This document shows, in pieces, positions 27,101 through 41,600 of a stretch of 64,000 nucleotides of DNA. Below the pieces are notes generated by a model, which searched no databases, had not been told where the DNA came from, and was given only the letters and a program-made list of their open reading frames with translations. The position numbers were made by a program, and so were the translations under genes. Source of the DNA: Haliotis rubra (Eukaryota). Within the stretch, counting starts at the first letter, position 1. Each line of letters opens with the position of its first letter. The stretch is from the NCBI RefSeq assembly GCF_003918875.1, contig NW_025766558.1, forward strand, positions 2,480,001 through 2,544,000, read 5' to 3'.

Positions 27101-30100
27101 GGGAGATATACTTGTAGTAACATAGTAGCATACTGGTTCTAGCAGGAGATATTGCTTATAGTAACATAGTAGCATACCGGTTCTAGCAGGGAGATACGGT
27201 AGTAACATAGTAGCATACTGGTTCTAGCAAAGGGAGATATACTTGTAGTAACATAGTAGCATACTGTGGTTCTAGTAACACATTAGCATACTGGTTCTAG
27301 CAGGGAGATATACTTGTGGTAACATACCATACCGGTTCTAGCGGAGGAGATATACTAACATAGTAGCATACCGGTTCTAGCAGGAGATATACTTGTAGTA
27401 ACATAGTAGCATACCCGGTTCTAGCGGGGAGATATACGTGTAGTAACATAGTAGCATACCGGTTCTAGCGGGGAGCTGTACTTGTAGTAACATAGTAACC
27501 GAGTTGGTTCTAGCAGGGAAATATAATTGTAGTAACATAGTAGCATACTGGTTCTAGAGGGGAGATATACTTGTAGTAACATAGTAGCATACCGGTTCTA
27601 GCAGGGAGATATACTTGTAGTAACATAGTAGCATACTGGTTCTAGCGGGGAGATATACTTGTAGTAACATAGTAGCATACCGGTTCTAGCGGGGAGATAT
27701 ACTTGTAGTAACATAGTAGCATACTGGTTCTAGCAGGGAGATATACGTGTAGTAACATAGTAGCATACCGGTTCTAGCAGGGAGATATACTTGTAGTAAC
27801 ATAGTAGCATACTGGTTCTAGAGAGGGAGATATACTTGTAGTAACATAGTAGCATACCGGTTCTAGCAGGGAGATATACTTGTAGTAACATAGTAGCATA
27901 CTGGTTCTAGAGGGAGATATACTTGTAGTAACATAGCACATAGTAGCATACCGGTTCTAGAGGGGAGATATACTTGTAGTAACATAGTAGCATACCGGTT
28001 CTAGCAGGGGAGATATACTTGTAGTAACATAGTAGCATACCTGGTTCCTAGCAGGAGGAGATATACTTGTAGTAACATAGTAGCATACTGGTTCTAGCAG
28101 GGATATACTTGTGTAGTAACATAGTATACATACTAGCAGGAGATATACTTGTAGTAACATAGTAGCATACTGGTTCTAGCAGGGAGATATACTTGTAGTA
28201 ACATAGGTAGCATACTGGTTCTAGCATAGTAGATACTGGTTCTAGTACTTGTAACATAGTAGCATACCGGTTCTAGCAGGGGAGATATACTTGTAGTAAC
28301 ATAGTAGCATACTGGTTCTAGCAGGGAGATATACTTGTAGTAACATAGTAGCATACTGGTTCTAGCGGGGAGATATACTTGTAGTAACATAGTAGCATAC
28401 TGGTTCTAGCGGGAGATATACTTGTAGTAACATAGTAGCATACTGGTTCCGTGTCATAGCAGGAGATATACTTGCAGTAGCATACCGCTTCATACTGGTT
28501 CTAGAGGGGAGATATACTTGTAGTAACATAGTAGCATACCGGTTCTAGCGGGAGATGTACTTTGTAGTAACATAGTAGCATACTGGTTCTAGCAGGGAGA
28601 TATACTTGTAGTAACATAGTAGCATACTGGTTCTAGCGAGGGAGATATACGTGTAGTAGTACATAGTAGCCGAGCTGGTTCTAGCAGGAGATGTACTGCT
28701 TGTAGTAACATAGTAGCATACTATGGTTCTAGCGGGAGATATACTTGTAGTAACATAGTAGCATACCGGTTCTAGCGGGGAGAGATATACTTGTAGTAAC
28801 ATAGTAGCATACTGGTTCTAGCAGGGAGATATACTTGTAGTAACATAGTAGCATACTGGTTCTAGCAGGGAGATATACTTGTAGTAACATAGTAGCATAC
28901 CGGTTCTAGCGGGGAGATATATACTTGTAGTAACATAGTAGCATGCCGGTTCTAGCAGGGGATATACTTCTAGTAACAGTAACATAGTAGCATACTGGTT
29001 CTAGCAGGGGATATACTTGTAGTAACATAGTAGCATACTGGTTCTAGCAGGAGATATACTTGTAGTAACATAGTAGCATACCGGTTCTAGCAGGGAGATA
29101 TACTTGTAGTAACATAGTAGCATACCGGTTCTAGAGGGGAGATATACTTGTAGTAACATAGTAGCATACCGGTTCTAGCAGGGAGATATACTTGTAGTAA
29201 CATAGTAGCATACCGGTTCTAGAGGGGATATACTTGTAGTAAAATAGCAGCATACCGGTTTTAGCGGGAAGATATACTTGTAGTAACATAGTAGCATACC
29301 GGTTCTAGGGGAGATATACTTGTAGTAACATAGTAGCATACCGGTTCTAGCAGGGAGATATACTTGTAGTAACATAGTAGCATACTGGTTCTAGCAGGGA
29401 GATATACTTGTAGTAACATAGTAGCATACCGGTTCTAGCGGGGAGATATACTTGTAGTAACATAGTAGCATACTGGTTCTAGCAGGGAGATATACTTGTA
29501 GTAACATAGTAGCATACTGGTTCTAGCAGGGGAGATATACTTGTAGTAACATAGTAGCATACCGGTTCTAGCAGAGATATACTTGTAGTAACATAGTATA
29601 CTGGTTCTAGAGGGGAGATATACTTGTAGTAACATAGTAGCATACTGGTTCTAGTGGGGAGATATACTTGTAGTAACATAGTAGCATACCGGTTCTAGCG
29701 GGGAGATGTAGTTGCAGTAACATAGTAGCATACTGGTTCTAGAGGGGAGATATACTTGTAGTAACATAGTAGCATACCGGTTCTAGCGGGGAGATATACG
29801 TAGTAACATAGTAGCATACTGGTTCTAGCGGGGAGATATACTTGTAGTAACATAGTAGCATACCGGTTCTAGAGAGGGGATATACTTGTAGTAAAATAGC
29901 AGCATACCGGTTTTAGCGGGAGGATATACTTGTAGTAACATAGTAGCATACCGGTTCTAGTGGGGAGATATACTTGTAGTAACATAGTAGCATACCGGTT
30001 CTAGCGGGGAGATATACTTGTAGTAACATAGTAGCATACTGGTTCTAGCGGAGGAGAAATACTTGTAGTAACATAGTAGCATACTGGTTCTAGCGGGGAG

Positions 30101-30238
30101 ATATACTTGTAGTAACATAGTAGCCGAGCTGGTTCTAGCAGGGAAATATAATTGTAGTAACATAGTAGCATACCGGTTCTAGAGGGGAGATATACTTGTA
30201 GTAACATAGTAGCCGAGCTGGTTCTAGCAGGGAAATAT
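24136..30238. repeat. 6.1-kb satellite, ~44-45-bp unit, roughly 135 copies
   Basis: Unit GGAGATATACTTGTAGTAACATAGTAGCATAC(T/C)GGTTCTAGC(A/G)G. Confidence 0.98.
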
Positions 30239-31059
30239 CAGTGTATTGAACCTTCAAGCAGTGCTCCATCCTCCCACCATTGTGCGGTCGTAAGGTTTAT
30301 AAAGAGTCTAATATCATTAGAAACCAGTATCTGCCCCTCAAATAGATCAACATGTTATGTAATAAGTACCATAATTCACCAGTATATCTAATCATACTGA
30401 CATTGACGGATGTCCAATCAAGTCTCCCGTGGGGGGCCTGCTCGCACTGTAGAACACCCTAATGCAATTGTTGCTTTTATTGGCCAAGTTGCCTGGGAAA
30501 CAGCTCCCAGTTGATCCCTTGTTCATGAAATGTTGTCTCAAGACTGGATACAAAAAAAAGTGAACCTGAAACAGTGGAAGACCTCGCGTTGTGTTCAGTG
30601 ATATAGGGAATAGTGAGACATTTTCAGTTCTGTTTTCGGTGATAAAGTCAAATTTCTCTTATCATTGTGGAGTGTCTTAAAAACTTGTTCTTGACAACAG
30701 AACTGACTGAAGCGTCTGTAAAATCATACATACGCAAGTTGTGGGGCAGGCAATGGTCGTTGAGATTGTAAACAAAGTGTTGCAAGTTGTTCTAAGCCCG
30801 CAGTGGACGTATTTCCCCAGATCACGTTGTCCAAGGATCCAAACACAGTAAATATATACACATGGAAACACATATCGCAACTCATGTTTTGCAAGTCCCA
30901 CGTAGCCCTTTTATTACCATATCATAAATATTTTGATTTTAGATATGCACGTGCTACGGTCAAGTGTGAGCATCATTTAACAAATATCAAGTTTCAGTAA
31001 ACTGTTCTTACAGCTCGACAACTTGGAACCCATTATACAACCATTATACGTCTCATCTA

Positions 31060-31098
31060 TAGGCGGATCCAGGATATACACACACACACACACACACA

Positions 31099-31130
<32 letters not shown>

Positions 31131-31305
31131 CACGCACGCACGCACGCAGGCACGCACACATTCCGCCAATGCAAAAACATTGACTTCAATGTGGTCTTCA
31201 GTCATTTTCAAAAGGGGGTGGGGTGTTCGAACCCCTGAAACACACACACACACACACACACAAACACAACACAACACACGCGGATCCCGCGTCGGATCCG
31301 CCAAT
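31060..31305. mobile_element. MITE with GGCGGATCC TIRs containing (CA)n/(CACG)n microsatellites
   Basis: TAGGCGGATCC ... GGATCCGCCAA. Confidence 0.6.
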
Positions 31306-31309
31306 GCGT

Positions 31310-31915
31310 CTGTTGTTATCCCAAGAAAACAAAGCAACACGTCCAGCTTGGGGTCAAGGTCGGCATCATGGGGATGGTACCACTGGTCTTTTGTTCTTAA
31401 CTGATGGCCGAGCTTGTGCTGTTGGGCGCCGCGGAAATACTGACATATTTGTACAACGGGTATTGGAGCAAGTAACAAGGACTGGTCGGCCGTACAATGT
31501 GACGGTGTGGGAGTGCTTTCCACGGTACTGTAAACTTGACATTTAATATCTGAATAGACAACGGTACATCACTGACATCCTATCGATCGGGTTGTTGACA
31601 TCGATCGGGTTGTTGTCCCACATTTAGATGACCATCCTCTGAACATAAGGCCAGTCTTCATGGGCGACAATGCTGGGCCACCGTGTACGCGCCGTTGATG
31701 ATTTCTAACGTCAGGAGGCGGTGGCAAGTACAGCTTGCCCATTGGAGCCCAGGGCCCCGTTCCTCAAAGCGATCGTAGCGCAAAGTTGATCGTAACTCCC
31801 ATACTTTAACATAGACTTACGACTGTTGTAGCGCTACGATCGCTTTGAGGAACGGGGCCCAGACCTCAATCTCATAGAGCATGTTTGGGACATTATAGGT
31901 CGCAGAATACGATCC
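31310..31915 (+). pseudogene. Decayed Tc1-family transposase (catalytic region)
   Basis: Fragments resembling VMVWG, PVFM(D)DNA.P, and SPDLNLIEHVWDIIGRRI once the inserted MITE is removed. Confidence 0.8.
31753..31859. mobile_element. 107-bp MITE, PIF/Harbinger-like, nested in the Tc1 remnant
   Basis: 29-bp TIRs GGCCCCGTTCCTCAAAGCGATCGTAGCGC; 3-bp TSD CAG; removal restores the SPDLN codons. Confidence 0.9.
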
Positions 31916-32483
31916 AGAGTTTTTCGTTCTTTTTGCGTTTAACTTTGCCATCTAATAAAATTCCTTTAATGATGGTCAGTTTATCCAGATAGCAAGTGAA
32001 ACTGAGGTTTAGATAAGTTCCTTTGCTATGGTTAACAGTTAATGGGTAGTTGCAAAACTTGTTTTCACATCTGTATGCGTGTGCGTGTGTGTGTGTGGCA
32101 ACAAATTATATATTGTATAATACGAGGTGATTCTAATATAAAGATTGATTAGAAATGTGTTCTCCTCCAGGCACATACTTCATGTGATATCCCTGATATC
32201 TTTTTGTTATCGTCAGTACAGCTACTCAAATTCATATTCACACACATGATACAAACTATGTTCGAATAAGTATCTGTTTACAGCAACTTGATCACAGTAT
32301 AAGATCTACCCACTGTTCCAACCTAAATGTTGTCCACTGAAATCCGAAGCTCAAAACAAAAAATATCAAACAATTCTCCCAGTCGTATATATCATCCTAT
32401 GTTCTATTTTTCCGTCCACACGTAATAAACATTACAGAAGTGAGGTCCATATGTGTTCATGGAGATACGATGTTTCTGTGAGT

Positions 32484-32531
32484 GGGCGTGGTCTGTTGGT
32501 GTTATTTGGATCACGTGAGCAGCACATGACC
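32484..32531 (+). promoter_or_regulatory. Proximal promoter/5' region motifs of the Rab gene: GC box, CLEAR-type E-box, M-box
   Basis: GGGCGTGG at 32484-32491, TCACGTGA at 32511-32518, and GGTCATGTGCT on the minus strand at 32521-32531 (10/11 match to M-box AGTCATGTGCT). Confidence 0.55.
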
Positions 32532-32538
32532 GTGCAAA

Positions 32539-32644
32539 ATGGCGGCGGCCACAGCCGCTGATTCGGGCGAAAAGTCGGCAACAGCCTCAGGTGGCGTTCA
32601 AGAACATTTGTATAAAGTACTCGTAATCGGAGAGTTTGGTGTAG
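32539..32644 (+). CDS. Rab32: Rab32-like exon 1 (MAAATAADSGEKSATASGGVQEHLYKVLVIGEFGV)
   Basis: aaaATGGCG start, HLYKVLVIGE motif, donor G|gtaag. Confidence 0.92.
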
Positions 32645-35600
32645 GTAAGATAACCCTTCAAGTATGCCGTGAAGTTCCACAACTTGATTCATACATGACA
32701 GTCAATAACTGACAAGAGCTAGGTCCACCCCGATCGAGCAATTACTTACACTCGACTGGACAACAAGTCCCGTGAGTTCGACATGTCAGGGATAACAATA
32801 CAAACCGCCGGTCGAAATACATTTCCTCTATCAAAGATTAAAGTATTCAAATAGTTTTTGTGGAAACGTTTTGAAAACTTTGAGATGAGTGTGTTATCGA
32901 ACACTTTTATCAGCAGAAGGAAAGTTCAATCGATAAAATCCATAGAAAAAAAGGTTTCAGTAAATCGACAAACTATACGTGAATGTAGAACATGACAATT
33001 TCTTAAACACGGGAGCATGTATTCTAGAAAGTTGTTTTTTTTAATTAATGTTATTCATCTATTTTGTCCTGAAAACTGTTGAAATTGGCTGTTGTACCTC
33101 AGCTGACATATTGAAAACTGATCTTGAATTACTATGACCTCATCAACTACATGCATTTAGTGTTTGCTATTCCCTACAGTCACCACCTGTGTATGCACCT
33201 CGGTATCAGGTGTCTCCCTCTGTCTACAGCAACACACATGTATCACAACACTTGACTATCTATTGCTCGACATTCAATCATTGTAATAGCAACCCAGTAC
33301 ATATCAACAACACAGGCACTATTTTCTAATAACAATCTATTCATGCAACAGGTGGGACTTTTTATTACAAGTTGAATGGACAATTAGATGGACTCACAAA
33401 GTGCCCCAATGCTATGGATCAACATTTTGTTTTCAGGAAGTGTCATGAAAAAATTGCACGGTGACTATGAGAGGTCGTCAAAATTATGACAAGCATTAGG
33501 AAGTGTTATTGATATTATTTTCACTACATAAAAAAATGAAAAACCTCTGATCCCCCTCTTGTAATAAATGACTGGCTGATTACTTGCAGTAGAACTCAAT
33601 TCAATTACTCTGTTTCAACATTTTATTTCCACAGGCAAGACATCAATCATCAGAAGGTATACTGAAGGTAAGATGGCATGAAAATCTGTCCTTGGTTTAT
33701 TATTGTTTGCTTCTTCCAGTCCCATTTCACCAACCACCTCCGTGGTGTAGTGGTTAGAGCGTCCGCCCAGAGATGGGAAGGTCGCGGGTTCGATCCCTGA
33801 CTGCGTCATACCAAAAGACGTTAAAATATGGTACTTGTTGGTCCCTGTCTGGCTCTCGGCATTAATGGGTACAACAAGGACTGGTCGGCTCGGAGACAGT
33901 ATAATGTGTCTGAGTGGGGTATTCATGCTTCACTGCGGCATGGTATCTCAGTGGGCTAGCACTATAAAACCAGCTTCAGTCTGGGCTAGTACAAGCAGCC
34001 GCACATACACATACACACGCATGCACGTCGTCATATGAGCGAAATATTCTCAAGCACGACGTTAAACCCAATTTCACCTCACCTCACCAATTTCACCAAC
34101 TAAATCACTGTCTCTCACATGCACACAGTCTCACACTCTCATACTGACATATTGTCACTTTCACACAGATTCACACTCACAGACACATTCATACTCACTC
34201 ACTAACACACGTACAGCCTTGTCACTGATTTACCAAAGATATGTTTACAGGGATCTATTTTATCAAAGAGTCCTGAGACATTAAGTCTTCAGGAAAAGAA
34301 CACAAAAAACACTGGAGAATCCTCCTTGGTGTAAACCTGACATGATACATTGTCACCATGACGACACCAGCTCCAGGAGACTTGCTAATGGTGTTTCACA
34401 ACCAGGCCTCTGTGTATCTTGGATCCGTGAAGAGCCGGGTTAGAATTGGTCTTCAGTAACCCATGCTTGTCATAAGAGACGACTAACAGGATTGGGTGGT
34501 CAGGTTCGTTGACTTGGTTGACATATGTCATTGTATCCCAATTGTGTAGATCAATGTTCATGCTGTTGATCACTGGATTGTCTGGTCCAGATTTGAATAT
34601 TTACAGACCACTGCCATATAGCTGGAATATTGCTGAGTGCAGCATTAAACAACAAACCAAACCAACATCAGTGTATCCCGTTCCGCATCTCGAGACTTCA
34701 AGAATATGTTCAATATGAAGTCAGTGATCTCTCTGGCAAGCTTTAGTTGGGTTTTTTGCTCCCTGAAGATATACAATCAGTAAATTATTTAGTGATGGAA
34801 TTTATATCCCCTACTGTCTGATTCAGAATCTTGCAATGTATGTCCTGTGGGTTTTCAGATTGTGCAATGAAAACTTACACTAGCTGAAAACCACTACAAG
34901 TATGCCCTCATCATCTTCGTATATTTATTTACTTATTTGATGCAGCTCTTATGATGTTTCATTTGGAGTAATGACATTACACATAACATGACATTTTTCC
35001 ACACAAATAGCAATACTTTGTTGCAATTTTTCTTTGTAGTACAATGTATTTCTGTATCTGTATTGGAGCTTCTGACAAATATCAGCAGTAGATCCTGTCA
35101 TATGACTGTGTGGCTCCATGACAGGCATTCAAATCATTATATACTCGTTAACTTCATCACAGAAAAAAGATTGTTCATAATACTTTTTTAAATTGTCACC
35201 ACTCCTAACCTCCAGTCCTGCAGTACAGAGAGCTACAAAGTAGCTGAAGGATTGCAGACTGTCATAAAACAGCCAATTTATATAGATTCTTTGTTATCAT
35301 CCTTTTGTATAGTAAAACAGAAACCTATATATTAATTTTTGTGAGTGTGTTGTCAATTAAGTTATTTAGATGGCCTAGAATCATGGCTGTTGAAAGCGAA
35401 CATTAGATCAAATTAAAACAATTCTGCTTGCATTTAAAGATAAAAACAACAACCCTGTTAGTGCCGTTATCTTACTGGTAAAGCATGCCTTTTGTAAACG
35501 TTCATTCAAAACAACAACCCTGTTAGTGCCGTTATCTTACTGGTAAAGCATGCCTTTTGTAAACGTTCATTCAAAACAACAACCCTGTTAGTGCCGTTAT

Positions 35601-38600
35601 CTTACTGGTAAAGCATGCCTTTTGTAAACGTTCATTCAAAACAACAACCCTGTTAGTGCCGTTATCTTACTGGTAAAGCATGCCTTTTGTAAATGTTCAT
35701 TCAAAACAACAACTCAGTACATCAAATACATTCAAAAAGATATTACAACATATTATGATACCACAAAATATATCAGTTGTACTACCTACAGTTATGATAA
35801 ATATATTTGTCACTTGCCATCTGTACTAATGGTTTTCAAGGATTTTGTTGATAAATAATGTATATATTTGCATAAACTGTTGATAATATATATGAGGCTT
35901 ATTAGTGTATCCGGACATCTCTACTGGTACAGAAAATAAGAATTTTGTGAATTGCTTTTATGTACCCGATATGACATGACATGACGTGATGGCATGTGAT
36001 GAGCTTGTACATCGGATGAAGTGATGATGTGTCAGATGTGTTCTGTACCATGTAAACCTGCGTAAAAATGGAAAATAGTACCCAAAATATTAATAACAAA
36101 ACTACCATTGAAACGCTAAACAATACAGTTGTTTAATTAAAGTGAATCTGTTTCCTGCTTATCAACGTTGACAGTATTGCCTGACTGAGATCCACAATGC
36201 CGAGTAAGCAGTAGTCTCTTGTCAAGCACATGGCAACTTCACAGCTGCTGCTTCTGTCAATCTGGGAATATCAGTTACTATGGCAACCACAATTTTCATT
36301 GTTGTTTTTAGAGTATTAAATTCTTTGCCTGAAATATCTGGGGTTTTGTGCTGTGTGTTCCACTAGGACAATACAACCCTTCACTGAGCATGTGATGAAA
36401 ATTCCTTCAGGTTGAACAAAATGGCAAAATAAGCGCAATTAAAGGGGAATGGACACTAAATATACTACCAAAAAATAAACTGTTCACATTGTAAACCAAA
36501 TATGTATTGGAACTACAAAAAACAGGAACAAGCCCAGTAATTAGTGAATTGAATTCATGAACACATGCAACACATCTGAGCATCTTGAAAAACTGCATGT
36601 ACCAAATGAATGTCAAAAAACTGCATGTACCAAATGAATGTCAAAAACTGCTTTCACTTTGGGAAGTTTAATTGTTTGATGTTTGATCATTCAAAAAATT
36701 AAACGGCTAATGAAGCGCACATCATGCCACGACTCACAACTGCACAACATAATGAGGCTATTGGGATCGTCCATGGGGATTGTCTCAACATCAGGGGCCT
36801 GCACATTTCCACTGCCATCATATAACCACTGTTGAGACATTATGAGAACAATTATGAAATTGCTGATCGACGTCCCCACGTCATAATGCCAAGGCAGGAC
36901 AGATGGATACAAGTGACCATCTCCTGCACTCTTTCCAGACTGCCAGGACTGCTCAGGACTTGCAGGACTTTGGTCTATCCTCCCCACTGTCAGGAACCTC
37001 CTCTATCATTACAGGATACGACCACATAATGTCATTAAGTAAACTGTCATAGGTGGTGCTGAAATAATGTCCATCAACCTTGGTCATGGTGGAGGAGTTT
37101 TATGGGGGTCAAAATTTTCGGATACTTTAGTGGTAGGTACATGTGTGATTCCTGACATGATATCATGAGATCTGGTGGGTACATGTGTGATTCCTGATGT
37201 GATATCATGAGATCTGGTGGGTACATGTGTGATTCCTGATGTGATATCATGAGATCTGGTGGGTACATGTGTGATTCCTGACATGATATCATGAGATCTG
37301 GTGGGTACATGTGTGATTCCTGACATGATATCATGAGATCTGGTGGGTACATGTGTGATTCCTGACATGATATCATGAGATCTGGTGGGTACATGTGTGA
37401 TTCCTGATGTGATATCATGAGATCTGGTGGGTACATGTGTGATTCCTGATGTGATATCATGAGATCTGGTGGGTACATGTGTGATTCCTGACATGATATC
37501 ATGAGATCTGGTGGGTACATGTGTGATTCCTGACATGATATCATGAGATCTGGTGGGTACATGTGTGATTCCTGACATGGTATCATGAGATCATGAAGCT
37601 TTAATGTTTACTTAGATACAACTTACGTGATCTCATTGGGAAAGGTAGACGCATGAGAAATACATTTAGAAGAAATGTGGTTTGTAAGTTTGCAGTTTGG
37701 GCGATAATGATGACAATTAGACCTTTTTATTCCTTTGTCCATTGTTTGTCACTGGAAGAAACGATATCCCAAACCCCATATTCATAAGTTCTACTTAGTA
37801 ATGACAAGTGACTGCAGTGATGAGAAAACTCTGAGTAACTTGTTCCTTCCATGACGATATAGGTGTAACCGTCATGACATGTGTTTGTTAAATCTATTTC
37901 GATGTATGGGTTACACTATAGCACTTGTAATGTACTATTGATCGATAGATACATAATTGTGTATTCAGTGTGAACCCAGAACTGTATGGGGGGCACCGTT
38001 CGCCCAGTTACGCTGTATACAGAAATGTAACCTAGTCAAGATCAGAATACAGAAACAATATCCTACATCAAGTCCATTCCCCATTGTGTCCTTTTCTTGA
38101 TCAGAATTGTCATACTGTTGTATTAGATCCATCGGATTTTGTAATATACACAATAACGAATATTTCGCGATGCACAATACCACTCGCAATCGGTTGAACT
38201 ACATACGACTTCGGTTTTGGGGTGTGGAATATGGGCTCGTCCCCAGTTTAGGGTACCGGGTATGTTTCTGTATTTGGACATTGTTTAGGGTACATTTCTG
38301 CATACAGAAACACACCTCCGGTACATATCTGTAGTACCTGTGCCAACAACGATTCCTTCATCCCGAGTTGTCTAAACTGCTGCAATTCTCTATGACCTGC
38401 ATTACTTCCAACTTCATGCATGAGCCTGACACCAGGTAATGGAACTGGATTACCATTTGAAGCAGCGTTAAACTCACTCAGAATTGTGTGGACAAATTGA
38501 GTTGACTTAGGGTGTTCAAATAAAGTTAGTGATGGGTTTATATTGGAACATGAACCAAGCTGTCACAGACCTGTCCTGCTCATTTGCCTGGCAGTCTGTC

Positions 38601-41600
38601 GCTACGACAAGATAACACTGTACCAGACTCCCACAGTGTCGGGTGACGTTGATGAAGTGGTGTAAATCAGAACGGCTAATTAACGTCCACCATTGCCACA
38701 ATGGTATATTAGCATATCGCAGCTGTTGCACCACTGAGGCAAGATTACAAGCACCATGCTTGTTTGAACAAAAACTGTAAGGTCATACACTGCCTTGCCT
38801 CACCTGGACCTGGGAAGTCTCATCAGGGCGTGGTCCCATGGGCACCTGAAGTGGTGTTGGGTTGCTGGTGTCGGTGGCAGGTGTCGGGTGGTCTGTTGAC
38901 AGGCTAGAGTAGAGTCAGGATACACAGGTAATATTGAGTCATCATTACAATCTGTTTATAACTGAGTTATTGTAAGACATTGAATGTTTGTTGTAGCTTC
39001 TATCATCTGCCAGGGTTTCACATGGAAGCATTGCAGTTGAAATGTGTTTATGAGTAGGTTTACATTATTCCAGTTATAGCAAGGTCTGTCAGCCTGAAGC
39101 TGGAAGTGATGCAGATCATAGAGGTTTGATGTAACCCGCTAGGTCTATACTGCTATGACTTTCAACCTTTGGTTAAACCAGCTTGTATATTAGGTAATTT
39201 CAGATGTGAAGAGTTTGTAGAGATTGAGCGCTGAGCAGTCAGTTGAGTAAATGAGATGAGAAAATCTAGACTTGCTTCATTTACAACCATAGCATTAGTG
39301 CTGGGTGGAAGAGAAAATGTTAGAGTGTAGGACTGTGAAACAGGCTTGTAATGTGCTGTCTGTAGACTGAACCACTCTATCGTCAGTAGATGAGTGTTAG
39401 AAGGAGGGAAGGGGTCAGTCAATCCGCTGGTCATCCCTGTCATTACAGGCCTTGCTCCTCCATTGGTATCAAGGCCTCAGTGCTAATAGACTCCCAGCGA
39501 CAAATGATGGATATCAACAGCTTCATCAATGTCTTCGCTGTAATACAAAGTTTGTAATCAAATAATTTTTTAGCACTCCGTCAGGAGGTAATTTTTGTCA
39601 GTTTTTGATGTAGTTTTCAATATTCTTTTTGCATTAAGATGTAATAAGCAATTCTTTCTGACAGCCTCAGTTTGTGTCTAAACTGCCGGCTTAAAAAGAG
39701 GAGGCAGAGAGATCTGTAGCCCCAGTTAATGACAGTGTGATAAGATTGATGTGACAGTGATCAGTGGTGGGGAAAGTATGATCTGAGAGGGGTCATTAGT
39801 GGGGGGACAGTCTCTCTCTCTCCATCCACCCTCCTGCAGGAGGAGAGAAACAGTGGATGGAGAGTTGGGATGGGGCTTGGGGATCCGATAGTTTCAACTC
39901 GATATGTTTGAGTTTTTAATATCATATTTTATAATTAACTGCATCAACTTTTTCCTAAGTGAAGACAGATCGTTACTCGCATGATAACAGGTGCTATCAG
40001 CTTTACTGAAACACTGAATTGAAAAACTGAAAAAAATCTTAAATCCATTTATCAGTTCTGTCTCCTTAGATAATACAGCATCTAAAACGCCACACAGATA
40101 TTGCATTATATAGTTGTAATTTCCATGTAAATTGCAGTATCCTTGTATACTTCTATAAGATGGGAAAACTGACAACAGGAAGATGGACATGTTGTATTCT
40201 GTAACATATGTTATATTTGGGATTACACTTCTTAGTAAAGTACAGATTCCAGTACTTTTGTTGGGTTCAGTCCCATCCGGGATTCAAACCCACACCCTCA
40301 GAGTCCACTTTCTAAATGTCATTGTGTAATCATGTTGTGTTCTGCAGAAATGGATTATTAATAATTAATGATAATAATTGTTTGTTGTTTGATGCTGAAC
40401 TGTACAAAATGTCATGATACAGCTTCAATGGTGGCGTCTGCCATCATCAGTGGTCCTCAATAGTACGTGCCTGTCGTGGATGTCACACAAGATGCAGATG
40501 CTGTCAGTCGCTACAATTACAGCTGTCCCTAGTGGCAGGAACATCACTTAATCAGTTCTGAGGTCACTTGTGCAGAGACATATCATTTATTCCTTCACTG
40601 AATTATTCATAACATGTATTCATGTATGTCAGTGACTGTAAGCATTGGCCAGATTGTCTGCCAGATTACAATAAAATTCAGATTAAGCCACTTCCCAGCT
40701 CTAGGTATTATCTGCTCTTGGTCATTCTTTGGCCCTTACGACCCATGAAGAGGGTTAGAATTGGTCTTCAGTAACCCATGCTTGTCGTAAGAGGCAACTA
40801 ACGGAATCGGGTGGTCAGACTCACTGACTTAAATGTCATCATATCCCAGTTGTGTAGATAGGTGCTTATGGTATGTTAATCACTGGATTGTCTGGTCCAG
40901 ACTTGATTATTTACAGACCGCCACCATATGGCTGGGATATTGCTGAGTGACGTTAAACAACAAACCAACCAACCAAACCTTTGCCTTTTACAAATGTAAG
41001 AGTGGATAGTAATTAGCAACAGAAGCTATATGTGTCCAGTCCACCTTCAGTCACAAACTGCTGATCAGTTTCCTCGATGTGTGATATAGATAGTGTACTT
41101 GCAGACAGATGGATTGTACAATACTGGATTGAATTTCTTGCAGGATATTTCTCACCCAACTATAAACTGACCATCGGGGTGGACTTTGCCCTAAAGACAG
41201 TAGACTGGGACAAGAACACCAAGGTCAACTTACAACTGTGGTAGGTCAACTTACAGCTGTGGTGGGTCAGCTTACATCTGTGGTAGGTCAGCTTACAACT
41301 GTGGTAGGTCAACTTACAACTGTGGTAGGTCACTGTGGTAGGTCAACTTACAACTGTGATAGGTCAACTCAACTGTGGTACAACTTAAACTGTGGTAGGT
41401 CAACAACTGACAAACTGTGGTAGGTCACAACTGTGGTAGGTCAACTTACAACTGTGGTAGGTCAACTTACAACTGTGGTAGGTCAACTTACAACTGTGGT
41501 AGGTCAACTTACAACTGTGGTAGGTCAACTTTCAACAACTGTGGTAGGTCAACTTACAACTGTGGTAGGTCAACTTACAACTGTGGTAGGTCAACTTACA

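Noticed and set aside
24051-30207. Many MLLQVYLP/LEPVCYY ORFs; superficial CRISPR-like periodicity
   Set aside because: Head-to-tail satellite with no unique spacers and no cas genes, in a eukaryotic context.
37074-37586. 170-aa and 164-aa repeat ORFs
   Set aside because: Translations of a 42-bp minisatellite inside Rab intron 2.
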